From Carpediemonas membranifera BICM (Eukaryota; Protista; Fornicata): a DNA stretch of 64,000 nucleotides. The stretch's first letter is position 1. Every line of letters starts with the position of its first letter. Shown here piece after piece: positions 34,652-46,470 of the stretch. The notes under the pieces are model-generated. The model saw only the letters and a list, made by a program, of their open reading frames with translations, ran no database searches and was not told where the DNA came from. The translations under genes were made by a program, and so were the position numbers. Where the stretch lies: the NCBI GenBank assembly GCA_019828565.1, contig JAHDYR010000013.1:186001-250000 (forward strand), in the 5' to 3' direction.

Positions 34652-35444
34652 TTAATTCTTTTTCTGTTCGTCCTCGCGGCGCTTGGTGAGGAACTTCCAG
34701 GCCAGCTCATATCCCCAGTAGTTGGCACCAATGGCACATGCGGTGCGGGCGACAATGATGTGAGTCTGACCCCACGACCCCGTGCGGCGGGCCACGAAGG
34801 GGGCACGCACCGCACCACAGACAGCACCGGCAGCCAGGCCTATCATACCGGCGTCAGTGGGAGTGCACTGGCCGATGTTATCGTAGTGCCTCACCTTTGC
34901 AACAAAGCGGCGGAGGTAGTAGTTCGACATGAACTTGGCAATGCCAGAGGTGCCGATCATCGCGACGTTATTGCTCATAGGGGTCTTATTGCCGATCATG
35001 TTCTGGAACATGTTGGCCGACACTTGCGCGATGCCGTCGCCGAAGAAACCACCCATAACAGAGCCGGGGACATGACCCATGCCGTGGGTCGCGGGAGGGA
35101 CGAGCCTGTTCATGGTGTTGCGGCTCCATCGGGCGGAGTTCTTGACCACGCCGACGTACACCATGCGGTCAGCAAGGGCCGTGGAGTTGAGGCCTTGGAG
35201 AGGGGCCTGGTGGTGGAGGACGACGTTGTTGAACGTGAAGAGGGCCAGTTGAGTTGCTATGCCTGAGAATACACCGGAGATGGCGATTTCTGTGTGAGAA
35301 TGGGGCATGCGGCAACGAACCGAGGCCAGGATTGGCGCCAACGGGCTGACGGCCAAGCACACGCTCACTAATGCTTCTAGGAGTAGGTTTCTGCTGCTCC
35401 TGGGCCTTCTGTTCGCGGTGAATCAGTGTTTTGAGGTTCTCCAT
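34652..35444 (-). CDS. Divergent mitochondrial-carrier-like protein (paralogue of 11130-12005); intron 35290-35368 (79 nt)
   Basis: Splicing GTGAGC...CTCACACAG joins MENLK... to KIAISGVFSG; GGFFGD, GLAAGAVCGAVRAPF, ARTA...ANYWGYE align by eye with the 11-kb gene. Confidence 0.55.
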
Positions 35445-35644
35445 ATTGTTGTGTCGCGAAAAGATTCGCTGACACGACCCAGATTGACCGTTGAAATCCA
35501 GTCTCTGCCGCGGAGTGTGGCGAGGAAACAAGCTAGCCGGGGCGCGAGGCACAGGCCTCAAATGCTCCTCGATGGTCTCACTGAAGGCGGATGGCTCCTC
35601 CAGCCACACGCCACCAGATCTCCCTTAGTCAAAACAGTACACGT

Positions 35645-36104
35645 TTAGAGCTTGGTGACCCAGTCATAGACGGCGTCAGGGGTGCGGGCGCCCTCGTACT
35701 TGGTGTTGGAGTCGCCGTGGAAAGCAATGATAGTGGGGATGCCACGGATGCCGTAGCGGCCGGAAAGCTCGCGGTTCTCAGTAACATCAACGAGGAAAGC
35801 GCAGATCTTGTTGTCGTCGGCGAAACGGGTGGAAAGCTCCTCATAGGGCTCGTGCCAGCGCTTGCAGCTATGTAACGGTTGGAAACAGACGAGCATCAAC
35901 CCAGATCGGTGGAGAGACCGCAAACAAGTTGATAGATCGCATTGAAACAAACTGGCCGCACCAGGGGGCAAAGAAAGTGACGAGAGAGACGTCGCACTTG
36001 GCAACCTCCGCGTCGAAGTTAGATTCGTTCAGATCAACGACCTTGCAGAAGGCAGAAGCAACGAGGATAAGAAGAACAGCGATTGAGAGCACACGGGTGT
36101 TCAT
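35645..36104 (-). CDS. Single-domain protein disulfide isomerase/thioredoxin with signal peptide; intron 35868-35952 (85 nt)
   Basis: Splicing restores FFAPWCGHCK; GIRGIPTI and KYEGART are typical PDI a-domain motifs. Confidence 0.9.
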
Positions 36105-36291
36105 TGGATGAGATACGCGCGGTTGTTCAATTGTTGATCCGGAAATACGTGAATTATGGCCCATGAGTCGCTGGAAACATAAATCAAAAGATTAGCTCAA
36201 AACTTGCTCATTATGCGAAAACGGAGTCCCTACCCAACCTTAACCGACCAATAATTTAAGCAATGTTTTCCTTAAATGTCTCTGCTTGCGC

Positions 36292-37689
36292 TCAGACGCC
36301 ATCCGCAACCTCCTTGACGACGTCGTCTCCAACTACCCTTTCGCAAAACTCAATAAACCTATCCGCATAGTTGTGCGGGTTAACAGCGCTCACCGCGTGT
36401 CTGTCGTGAACAACACCCTTTGCCCTGTTTTCCAACACCTTAGTAACATTCCACTTAGTCAAAAGGTCGATGACTCCCACAAAATAAAGCTCGCTCCCGT
36501 CTTCAGACCACAGTCCGCCGTCCTCCGACTGGAATACAGACACGAGCAGCTTCTTGGTCAGGTGCTGCAGCAGGATGGGGTGTGGCACAGTGAGGTCACT
36601 CAGTTGGAACTGCCCCGCCTGGGAGAGCGGCCGGAAAGGCGCTGTCTCCTCATTGGGCGCTACCGGGATCCGTCGGCGGTGGTTGAGTCTGATAGTAGCG
36701 GGTGCGACCGGTCCTGAAGTCTCACACGACTCGCCCTCGTCGGCCTGCTGGGCTCCTGACATGGAGAGTGGGTCAATCCCCAGTCGAGTTGGGGTCCTTG
36801 TAGCAGTAGGCGAGGGCTCAGGGTCGGCTGGGGTGAGTGGCTTTGGGATCGTCCGCTTGATGTGGATGCCGAGGAGGAGCGAGTAGTCCATGAGACCCAG
36901 ACCCGCTAGGAACTGGCAGTCTAGCTCTAGCTGGCGGAGGAGGAGCTGCTGCTTGCGGCTGTCGAGTCTGACCTTCCGTTTCCACCGGATCATGTCCAGG
37001 TCCTTCAAGGTCTTGCCCACGTCCCTGTCCGACGTTGCTTCAGTCCTCGTTGTCCGGCCAACAGTGCTGCCTTTCAGGTCATACACGATGTCGACGTCAA
37101 GCGGTGTGTCGAAGACGTTGTTCATCACGACGATGTGCACCTTGCTCTGGTGCCTCGGGTTCACACGGTGGAGCCCGAAATAACGGGTAATGAGCGTGTG
37201 CGGGTGCCGGACGAAGTGGGCGTAGTATTCTGGCAGGATAGAACGCAGGAACTTGCTCTCGGACTTGGTCATCGTCTTGATCATGTAGGTGTGATCATGG
37301 GACGAAAAGAACGCCGAGCCTGACTTACCGGGCGACGGGAGGCCGAGGAGGGAGGACTCGCCGCAGATGGAGAGCATGTAGTCGGCTGCGTCCACGCCGA
37401 ACCTGTTGCGGAGAGCCCGGAACACCTTGGGGGCGTAGTCCTTGAACTGTGTGAGATGCAGGAAGGCAACGAACCTTGAAACTGGTGCTTTTGTGCGCCG
37501 GTGTGCGCAAGCCACCTTGTCTAGGCAGCTTGATCTTGTTCTGTTGTCGGAAATCATCGAGAACAATCTCCCCTGGCCGGTTTGGAGTAATTGCGCCAAC
37601 GGTTAGCCGTATTCCTGCGTTACCGTGATCAATAGCAACGAACCTGTCTGTATGTTCTCCTTCAGCGCAGCGGGATCGCCGATCTTCAT
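36292..37689 (-). CDS. Phosphatidylinositol-phosphate kinase (PIP5K family); introns 37615-37643 and 37447-37474
   Basis: Spliced N-terminus IQTGIRLTVG...TPAH..SFKFKDYAP; SPGKSGS, YMIKT, YDLKGS, LKDLD, MDYSLLLG, GVIDLL. Confidence 0.92.
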
Positions 37690-37815
37690 TTGCTTATCGT
37701 ATCCGCAGCTTTGCCTGGACACACTCCAGAAACGGAGACCACTCAGCCTGCTCTCCATCAGAGCTCAACCACTGCCACCCACCCTATCGTAACCCACCCC
37801 GACTCTTTTCCTACT

Positions 37816-38607
37816 TTACAATTCATCCATCGTCCGGATGTGGACAGCGGGTGCAGAGTAGCCAAGCGGCGGCACGCTAATAAAAGTCTTGGGGGCCATT
37901 CCAGGTGACCTCCTGGGCGAACCGCGGGACCCTGCCTGGCCACTCAGCATTGTTCTCGGCGAGGGGCAGAGAGTATCTGGTCTGGGCGGCGACGGGCTTG
38001 CATTGGCACTCCTCGCCCGCCCATCAATCATCTGACACAGCTCGTCGTTCTCAATGCATACCCTGGCCGCCTTGTGGAACATCTCAGTGGATGAGAGGAG
38101 CGTGGCCAACTGACTCGGGTCAGCGTGCTGCAGCGAGTCCATGTGCCGCCGGAGTTTGTCTAGCGGACCGTGGCCTTCGAGTAGGGTGGGCAATGCGGAT
38201 TGGAGCGACCTTCCCGTGCTCCTTGTGAGGTTGGGCCGGGGGGAGGAGGGCAGCGAGAGGCGGGCAATCTCCAATGAATGGACCGAGTGGGACTGCTGGA
38301 CCTTGTTGTAGTAGTGCATGAACGTCGAGACAGGCACGGGGACGACCGAGCCGTTGGAGCTCGTTACGTAGACCAGGGTGGCGTTCTTGACGTCAGAAGC
38401 ACCTATGTCGCTGGGAAGTGGGAACGACGGATCATGCGTAGCGGTCTCTGGCGCAGTTTCAAGGCCTTCAGCAGGATGAATAGCGGCCATTGGGGCGTTT
38501 GATCCAAACAAGGTAGAACCGGAGCAAGGGGACCGGACAGCGCGTTGTTGCCCGGGAGAGACGCTACTACGCGCTCTTTGGTGGCGGTAGTTGTTCATAG
38601 ATGACAT
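37816..38607 (-). CDS. Hypothetical Ser/Pro-rich protein
   Basis: 263-aa ATG ORF, co-oriented with neighbours. Confidence 0.55.
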   Translation of the reverse strand: MSSMNNYRHQRARSSVSPGQQRAVRSPCSGSTLFGSNAPMAAIHPAEGLETAPETATHDPSFPLPSDIGASDVKNATLVYVTSSNGSVVPVPVSTFMHYYNKVQQSHSVHSLEIARLSLPSSPRPNLTRSTGRSLQSALPTLLEGHGPLDKLRRHMDSLQHADPSQLATLLSSTEMFHKAARVCIENDELCQMIDGRARSANASPSPPRPDTLCPSPRTMLSGQAGSRGSPRRSPGMAPKTFISVPPLGYSAPAVHIRTMDEL

Positions 38608-38903
38608 TCAGACGTGATGAGTATGGTTGAAGCTTGAGAATTGGGTTGTGAAAACGCAGATTTAGCGAAGACCTCCGCTTTCAAGCCGCGACAACAGGCC
38701 TTGGGAGAGATTCCGTGCTCTCGTTAGGGTCACCCAGGCCGTCGGACATTTTTATGAGGTTGATTAGAAAATGATTGTGAGAAAAGTTCTGTGAGGAGAC
38801 AGATCAAGAAAATGCCACAAATCAACAAAACAGCCAGACCGCCACCACATCCCACCCCTCTACCCCGTCCCGACCCAACCACCTTCAACACAACTCATCA
38901 ACT

Positions 38904-40464
38904 TTAATGGGCGAACAAAACATCGAGCATCTTCAACTGCAGGGCCCTCGTCTCCTTGATAGCCGCGTCGTCGCTGCTCCTGGGGGCGTACATCGATGCA
39001 CAGTGGGCGTGGCCCTGGGTCTGGTGAACGACACAGTTCTGGCAGTACTTGAGCGGCTCAAGGACGCCGAGGTTGTGCCAGGGGTCCTCCGAGTTGGTCA
39101 GGAAGGCAATGTTGGAGGAGATAATGTTACGGGCACCGTAGTGGATGTTCGTCTCGGCAATGCGCGCGGCAAGGTTGGTTACGTCAATGCCAAAGGCGTC
39201 CTTGCAGAGCTGGTGGTAGTAGGTCAGTGTGATGGAGCCAGAAGGCAGCAGCTGCGAGGAGAGAGCAGAGGACGGCTGGAAGTACCCGAATGCGTCGTTG
39301 CAAGTCTGCCAGGTCCAGCTCTGGCCCGCGTCACCGGGGGTGTGAGTCTTGAGCTCGGCGACGTCGTCGGCATACGAGGCGTCAACAGGGCCCATGAATT
39401 CGTTGAGCTCGGCAAAGAGAGTGTGGAGCTGAGTGGTTCCCTTGGCAGCAGCGGCCTCGAGCTGGGCGCACATGTCGACAACGGTGAGGGCACCGGCGTG
39501 GTCCTTGTCGTACTGGACAGTGTTGGCAACGACGCCAGTCATGGCGCTCATGAAGCTGCTGTAGTCGAGGGCGGACATCTGGGCCCAGCCCATCTTGGGG
39601 GAGAGGTTCTCGGGCAGAGTGCAGGATTGGCCCTTGGTCGAGTAGCACTTGGCGGCCTCGTCAAAGATCGACTTGACGACAGCGGAGCAGGTGGGGCCGA
39701 GGGTGGCCTGGGTGGTCATGAAGTACTGCGTGAAGTTGTCCAGGGCAAGCACGGGGGCGGACTCGGAGAGGGCGGCCTTGAAGATGTGGGGATACTTCAT
39801 GCGGAGCCAGGCAGAGAGATTACCGGAGTAGGAACCACCGACAGAAACCCACTCAGAGCCGGCGAACTTGGTGAACTTGCGGGGGAACTCAGAGGCGAAG
39901 ACGGCGAAGTCCTCGAGGGCCTGGGCGGAAGAAAGGAGGGCGAGCTTGTCAGTGGTGATGCGGGTGAAGGGCTGGGACTCGCCGTAGAAGCGGTGCTCGA
40001 CGGAAACGACGGCGCCGTGGTATCTCTCGGCAAGCTGGTTGACCCAGAAGTAGCCGGCAACAGTCTTGGCAGAGGCGGGGCCTTCGCCGCCACAGATCAT
40101 AAAGATCGGGCCGCCAGACTGGTACATGGTGTCATTGACCCAGAAGCGCTGCTTGAAGGTCGCACGGGCGCTGCGGTCGACGTAGTGGTCGACGTACTGT
40201 GGTAAGAGAAAAGCAGACGCGACGGCATGGAAGTGAAGCCCGGGAGCATTCCCTGCTTGCTCACCGATGTTATGAACTTGGAGAGTGCGTATTCCATGCG
40301 TCTACAAGGCTACAAACCTGATCGAAGTACTGGGTGGGAGCCGAGGCATCCAAGATGAGGCCGGCGGCTTCCTGACGAGTAATAATCTCGTCGTGGGCAT
40401 GCGTACGGCAAAGAACAGCAGCGATGACGCAGCACAGGACAAGGATAGTTGCTGTAGCTCTCAT
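38904..40464 (-). CDS. Secreted serine carboxypeptidase, peptidase family S28; intron 40197-40317 (121 nt)
   Basis: Signal peptide; YFDQ|YVDHY...TFKQRFW, GGEG, EHRFYGES, GGSYSG.L, WTWQTC, EDPWH, AHC motifs. Confidence 0.92.
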
Positions 40465-40753
40465 TATGGCTCGTTCTTCGGTTTTCGTCGCTGCCGATAC
40501 ATGTGGTCAGCCGTCCACATAAATGGTCAACAATGGTCAACCCCATCATTTTGAAGCTGCTGGATTGGGCGAGGTCGCACCAGCCATCCATGCATTTTTG
40601 CGACCATCTGAATGCGTTAGGTCGACAGATAACATACCGACTCCAAACCAACCTTCATCCACATATTTAGACTTTAGACTCGACCGCGCGGTTTAACGTA
40701 ACATAACATTGTAATAAACTAAACTCACATGTCTTTCTTCCAAAAATCCAATC

Positions 40754-43702
40754 CTACCCCCGCATCCTTGTGCAGGATAAGACCAGGAACACAGTCAGGA
40801 CGAACACTGAGCCGACCGCCACGACTGTGGCCACACTAGTGTCGAAATACGATGGCCTGGTGTACTCGTGGTCAAACAGACTATGGTTGGCGAACTTCCC
40901 TTTGAATGATTCAAAATCCATCACTTCTGACCGGATAGCAGCATCATGGTCGCAGTGGCATTCGTGGGGGGATGGGAAGGCGACAGTAGTAGACATGTCG
41001 CCCTCCACAACGATCAGGAATTGGTCCGGGCCGGCGACTGAGAAGTGGATGATGACGTCGCTCTCGTAGCTCAGCTTCATTGTCCACCCAGAGTTGTGTA
41101 TCATTGCGGAACGGTCGACTTCGACTGTAAGACAGCTCTCGAGTGTCAGAGGAGTGATAAAATCCGTATAGCGGAACAGACCTTCGCTGACAAGGGCACT
41201 AGCGATCATGGGATGGCGTTCAGTGAGCAATGACTGGACAGAGTACTTGGCAGCGATATATGCGGCGGGTATATCCAGGAAATCGTCATGTAACAGCAAG
41301 AATCCCATTGAATCAATCAACATGGCGTGGCCAGTGGGCACGTATTCATCAATCACCTGATGAATCGCATCATAAAACACTGCGTACGAATAAAACACGT
41401 ACGAAGTCCCCCAGCTGTCGCCGTCCTCCATGTACAGCGGGGCAACGACCCCTGTACACAAGTCATTCACGTCTCTGCTCCTCATGGTTGTGGGTGAGGA
41501 GACCAGCGTGTCTGCTAGGGCTAGGGCACGGGAATGCCACGAACGGGCATGAACACTGTATGTATTACCGATATCTAGGCCGGGAAGATACGATACGGCG
41601 TCTATAGATGATTGTGTCAGGCCGATAAACGTGGGAGGGCGGTCAGAGGCCATCATGGCACGCCAATGGTCGGTAAGTTGGGAGGTGAGATATGATAGTG
41701 TCAAGAGACGGTCATCGATCGTGAAATTGAAAGATGAAATATCTGGATATGACGAGAGATAATCAGACACTTGACGGGCAAACCCAGAGGTGGCGCTCAC
41801 GGCGCTAAACTGGTCTTCGGTGAGATTAAATCCAAGATATGAACTGTACAGAGCGACTGACTCATTAGATCCAACTCGACCGTCCGAACTCATGACAAAA
41901 GGATTGATGATCTCAGGAAAATCTCCCAGATTCGCAAAAGCGACCGACCAGATCGGCAGCGGCTCCGGTATCTCACTCAACGGCGTCGCACGTGTATATA
42001 TTGAGCGGTCAGTGAGAAACAGCACCACCACAAGCTCGGGGAAAGCCGCGTGAGTCCAGTGGTATGAACCTGGCACCTTGACGACGTAATTTGTCCTCTC
42101 GTATTCAGATACGGATTCTACGGTTGGTCTGACGAGGAGGGCGTCTTCAGAGGCGACGCCAGAGGGGGTGACTACGATCTGGGCGGTGATTGAGGAGTTT
42201 CTCTCGATCGTGCCGATATCTTCGGTCAGAACTGCATCAAATCCTGCAGTGAATCTGATATTCTCGATCTCAGGATGCGATAGGGCCAACACGCGATCGC
42301 CCAGTCGATACCCAAGTGCCAAGTAGTTGAACTGGTTGCCTGGCACAATCCCCTCAGCTAGCACATGGCAATCACACACAAAGCTGGTGATGACCCCATG
42401 AAGCGATCCGTCTCGTTCCACCGGTACAGAAAGGGTGAAGCAGCCGTCGGTCGCCAAGGCTGAGGACATCGGTCCGAGGGCGTTGTTTGGTGTCATGCGA
42501 GGCGGCATTATCGCGTATGATCTGAGCCCGCCTGCCGAGTGGTCGAGCGGTGGTGACAGAGCGGTTCTGAGCCCGATATCAGTGGGATATGATCGGACTG
42601 GGACGTTATGGACAGCCCCGCCTCTCCTATGTGTATACCGCTCCAGATTCAGTCTATCCTGCGTGTTTTCAGCCGTGATTGAGATGCATACAAGGTCCGT
42701 CAGGAGACTGCGTCGACGGGTAACCATCACCATGCCAGCTTCGAGACCAGAAGATATCAGATACGTTGTCTGCGGCCCAGATTCTGGCCAGATATGGTCA
42801 ATTATCGCCTGTTCTATGTGCATACTGGATGTCATTGTGGATGGCAGTAAATCATTGAAAAGTTTGAAGCCAGTCTCGAGAACCTGGGCGGGAGTGTGAT
42901 ATTCAGTGTCAATCACGCCCTTCACGCCATTTTCATCCACTACTAGGACCTTAACTTGGGAAAGAGGTGAGATGGAGCGAACTACAAGGCTGAGAATCCG
43001 TTTGATTGGCTCAAAATCTTCCACAGATCTGAAGTTGACAATCAGAGTGACCTTTGCAGCTGCCAGCACAGCCGTATACCCCGGAGCAAGCCTGGGGTCG
43101 ACCTTCTCGCCCAACGCCCTGGTGGAGGGGAATCGAACCCGGTCGCCGGTCAGACCAGTGACCGAGACCACTGAATACATGCCGCTGTCGTCCAGGGAGA
43201 TGTTTCTGAGCTCGTCATCGCCAATCAGGTCAAGTAAGGATGGTTTCTGTGGAGTGGTGAAGGGGAGGCGCTGGGCTCGGCTAGTGTTTGCCGGCACCGG
43301 GATTCCCGGGACGGTGCCGAAGGTGGAGGAGGGCTCGAAAGCTGAGCTGTTCAACGTGGTCGGGATTTCTTCGGAGGAGAGGCGGGCGGCGAGGTCATGC
43401 ATGCCTTGGAGGCGACGGGTGAGAACAGAGGTGGCATACGCCGCTTCTGTTCTTACTATTGAAGCAAAATCGATGTCTGTCGATTCAAATGAGCCATTCG
43501 TCAAGTTTGCAGTGATCTCGGTGGCGTTAATGGCGATGGTGGCGTTCTCAAGCCACTCCGAGATGCCCTCGGCTGCAAGGACAACTTGCGCCAGCATAGC
43601 ATCCGAGCATAAGCTATAACATACAAAGCTGCTGAGAAACAACGCCAATATGATCCCTCGGCATTTCATCTTCATCGTCGCCCCGTCTCGATGAAGACTC
43701 AT
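40754..43702 (-). CDS. Type I membrane protein, alpha2delta/CACHD1-like (Cache plus degenerate VWA)
   Basis: Signal peptide, C-terminal TM; DPRLAPGY and YSVHARSWHSRA Cache-type motifs; LIDSMGFLLLH. Confidence 0.65.
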   Translation of the reverse strand: MSLHRDGATMKMKCRGIILALFLSSFVCYSLCSDAMLAQVVLAAEGISEWLENATIAINATEITANLTNGSFESTDIDFASIVRTEAAYATSVLTRRLQGMHDLAARLSSEEIPTTLNSSAFEPSSTFGTVPGIPVPANTSRAQRLPFTTPQKPSLLDLIGDDELRNISLDDSGMYSVVSVTGLTGDRVRFPSTRALGEKVDPRLAPGYTAVLAAAKVTLIVNFRSVEDFEPIKRILSLVVRSISPLSQVKVLVVDENGVKGVIDTEYHTPAQVLETGFKLFNDLLPSTMTSSMHIEQAIIDHIWPESGPQTTYLISSGLEAGMVMVTRRRSLLTDLVCISITAENTQDRLNLERYTHRRGGAVHNVPVRSYPTDIGLRTALSPPLDHSAGGLRSYAIMPPRMTPNNALGPMSSALATDGCFTLSVPVERDGSLHGVITSFVCDCHVLAEGIVPGNQFNYLALGYRLGDRVLALSHPEIENIRFTAGFDAVLTEDIGTIERNSSITAQIVVTPSGVASEDALLVRPTVESVSEYERTNYVVKVPGSYHWTHAAFPELVVVLFLTDRSIYTRATPLSEIPEPLPIWSVAFANLGDFPEIINPFVMSSDGRVGSNESVALYSSYLGFNLTEDQFSAVSATSGFARQVSDYLSSYPDISSFNFTIDDRLLTLSYLTSQLTDHWRAMMASDRPPTFIGLTQSSIDAVSYLPGLDIGNTYSVHARSWHSRALALADTLVSSPTTMRSRDVNDLCTGVVAPLYMEDGDSWGTSYVFYSYAVFYDAIHQVIDEYVPTGHAMLIDSMGFLLLHDDFLDIPAAYIAAKYSVQSLLTERHPMIASALVSEGLFRYTDFITPLTLESCLTVEVDRSAMIHNSGWTMKLSYESDVIIHFSVAGPDQFLIVVEGDMSTTVAFPSPHECHCDHDAAIRSEVMDFESFKGKFANHSLFDHEYTRPSYFDTSVATVVAVGSVFVLTVFLVLSCTRMRG

Positions 43703-44026
43703 TTATACGCGGTTACATGATGGTAAATGTATATACATGGGATGGGGTGGGATGGACTACGGCGGCCAGGGTACGGATTCGGCTGCGGTCATGATGAGAG
43801 CCCTGTAATGAAGCAATCACTTGATCGAGCCCGTCATGAACCTCTGCCTTGTACTGCTCCTCTCCCATCCCTACTGCACACCGAGCACCGTTCGACAGGT
43901 TTTGAACCCGAGGCCGAGTCCCTTCTATCTTTCCATAATCTTATCAGTCAAAAACATCGAACAACAACGAGTTTAAACACAAAAGAACGATAAAATATCA
44001 AAACACAAGTTATAAAATACAAACCA

Positions 44027-46264
44027 TCACTTCCGCCTCATCGGGCTGACCCCCACCCAGTCCTCGTCCAAGGGCTCCCCCAGCCCCACATGCCGGAAGA
44101 CAGCACAAAGCATAGGCGCCTTGATAACATGGTCACTCGGCACTTTGATCGCTATCGATGGGGATGAGTTGACTTCAATCAGCCAGCCTCGCAGCGAAGT
44201 GTCGATCAAAATATCGAGGCCGAGGAGCTCGAAGCTTTGGCCGTTGCTCACACCAACTGTACTGAGCGGTGTTTCAAAGACAGTAACCATTCTTGTCACA
44301 ACTCGGACAACTTCCCGCCACACAATCTCCTTAATATTGGGATATGACGGAGTCAAATCTTCCAAGATTGTATCAAGATCCATCTTTGAATCTAATCCAT
44401 CATCAGCGAGCGATGTATTAGTCAAGTGAATCGCCTGGTCATGAGCATCCTCCTCCGCCATCGAGTACGGCTTGGCCGCCATACGTCCATACATGGATCT
44501 ATATAAATGGACCTTCAGCGGCCTTTGAGTGACAACAGCGTAGCATCTGATGTCAAACTTGTGGCCGCGATATGTGAGGGGGTTCGGGATGTACAACTGG
44601 AGTGCACATTCTTCCGTGTAGACGACGTCGTTGATGCTGGTGGCGAGAGTAATCCCTCTGCCGCGACTCTTGCCAGTCGGCTTAAGAATCCACCTGGAGT
44701 TGGAAAAGTCTGCATCTTCAGAGAGTTGGGCAGTTGTGAAAAGTGTGAATTCATGGGGCAACACAAAGGCTGGCGGTGAAATTTGGAACATACCCCGCTG
44801 GTTAGGCCTCAGACCGTCCACAAATCGCCTAAGTTTGACTGCCATCTGCCCTTTTGAAGTCAGCTGTCTTATCTCCGGCAAGTGGTTGGCCCTTTGATAC
44901 GGCGTCACCAGCTCCCACTCCACGCCGAGTCGACTCTTCCACGACCACAGTATGTCCCAGTGTCTATTGGTGGTGGGACCGTCGTCTTCATAAACTGCGA
45001 ATCCGAGAGTCCCGCAAATGAATCGAACAGCGTCGGACACCTCCTCCCTCGACTTTGTGATCCGGACTACTGGCTTGGCTGGCTCAGGCGGGGTTGGGGG
45101 CGGGCTTGGAGCAGCAGCAGGTCTCGCCGCTGGCGTGGTATCAGTGTCCATGACCAAATCACTGCAGCCAGACTCCTCGCCCCAGCTGGTGTCCTCCTCT
45201 TGGTCTGGGGCCAGCTTGGTCTCAAGGCTGCGGGCCAGGTCGGGTGGTGTGTGGGCGATCGGCGGGGTTGGACTGCTCTGGGCGGTGTCTATGTCTGTCT
45301 CGGTATCGCTGGGTGTTGGGGAAGAGGGCGCCGTTGGTTGCGGGTCAACCGGCCCTGCCTTGTCAGAGACGGCACTGTCGCTGTCATTGTCTGATCCAGT
45401 GTTCTCGTCCGCGCCAACGGCCATGGCATCCACCTGGTCGACGAGGAAGGGGCCCTCTGTTGGGCTGGGGTCAAGGGCAGGTGTGAGGTCCTCAGGGGAG
45501 GGAGAGGGGCGTGGGTCAATAGTAGGGGTGGGTGAAGGGGCAGGGGTGAGACTAGGCGAGGGCGAATTCCTCGTGGGTGTCGCCTGCCCCATGGTCTCCA
45601 AGTCCCCATCCCCCACAGTCTCACCGTCTGGCCCAGCGTCGGGCTCAACCTCACACTCGACACCCTGCCCCTCACCGCCAGTATCTTCATCCTCATCCTG
45701 CAAAGCCTTGCTCTCTTCCCTGCCCATCTTCCGGACGACGAGATTCCCAATACAGGTGGACCGGGCGCTGTTACTCTGGTCTACCACCACTGGTCGACTT
45801 GGTACTGCCTTAGGCAGCCGCTGTGCTGCCGTCACTGGCCTTCTAGCCGATGGCGCCCGACTCATCGCCTCAGTTCGTCTCACGGCACCAGTTGCCGGCC
45901 TCCTGCTCGGCACAGGCTGCGGCTTGGGTCGCGTAGGCTTCTTCTTCACTCTCCGCGGCGGCGCTGTGGTGGCCCGCTGTGGTGCTGCCCCGATGGACAT
46001 GACGTCGAACACCACAGCTGGTGTAGGACGGGGCGGGGACCTTCGGCGGGGAAAGAGCGTTGGCGCGCTTGGTACACACGTACTGGGCTGAATTTGTGCT
46101 GGTATAGAGGTTTGTGGGCGCTGTGGCAGTTGCTGGGACGGTATAAGGGGCGCCAGTGGCTGTATGGAGGGAACAGAGGCCCCGGGGAACAGCGGAGTGA
46201 CGCTATCCGTTCCAAACATCTTAGAGTACTTATTTGCAAACTTGGCGAAGCGCTCATCGTTCAT
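44027..46264 (-). CDS. Tubulin-tyrosine ligase-like (TTLL) protein
   Basis: WILKP...SRGRGI, QLYI.NPL, KFDIRCY, HLTN, FELLGLDILID, WLIEVNSSPS; long Pro-rich N-terminus. Confidence 0.92.
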   Translation of the reverse strand: MNDERFAKFANKYSKMFGTDSVTPLFPGASVPSIQPLAPLIPSQQLPQRPQTSIPAQIQPSTCVPSAPTLFPRRRSPPRPTPAVVFDVMSIGAAPQRATTAPPRRVKKKPTRPKPQPVPSRRPATGAVRRTEAMSRAPSARRPVTAAQRLPKAVPSRPVVVDQSNSARSTCIGNLVVRKMGREESKALQDEDEDTGGEGQGVECEVEPDAGPDGETVGDGDLETMGQATPTRNSPSPSLTPAPSPTPTIDPRPSPSPEDLTPALDPSPTEGPFLVDQVDAMAVGADENTGSDNDSDSAVSDKAGPVDPQPTAPSSPTPSDTETDIDTAQSSPTPPIAHTPPDLARSLETKLAPDQEEDTSWGEESGCSDLVMDTDTTPAARPAAAPSPPPTPPEPAKPVVRITKSREEVSDAVRFICGTLGFAVYEDDGPTTNRHWDILWSWKSRLGVEWELVTPYQRANHLPEIRQLTSKGQMAVKLRRFVDGLRPNQRGMFQISPPAFVLPHEFTLFTTAQLSEDADFSNSRWILKPTGKSRGRGITLATSINDVVYTEECALQLYIPNPLTYRGHKFDIRCYAVVTQRPLKVHLYRSMYGRMAAKPYSMAEEDAHDQAIHLTNTSLADDGLDSKMDLDTILEDLTPSYPNIKEIVWREVVRVVTRMVTVFETPLSTVGVSNGQSFELLGLDILIDTSLRGWLIEVNSSPSIAIKVPSDHVIKAPMLCAVFRHVGLGEPLDEDWVGVSPMRRK

Positions 46265-46470
46265 AAACACAATTTCGCCGTGGAATTTGCTTCCGAGCCG
46301 ATCTAGTCGAGAAGTCGGAGTCGATCAAGTCTTGGGTCGCGGCCGGGGAGCGCGCAGTGACGCAGCGTGTATGTCAGCTAGAGGCCCCTGACTGGGCGTG
46401 CTGGGTTGTCATTGCCAACTTCCCATTCAACGCACTGACCATCCAGTACTACTCAGCCAACCCTGCTAAA

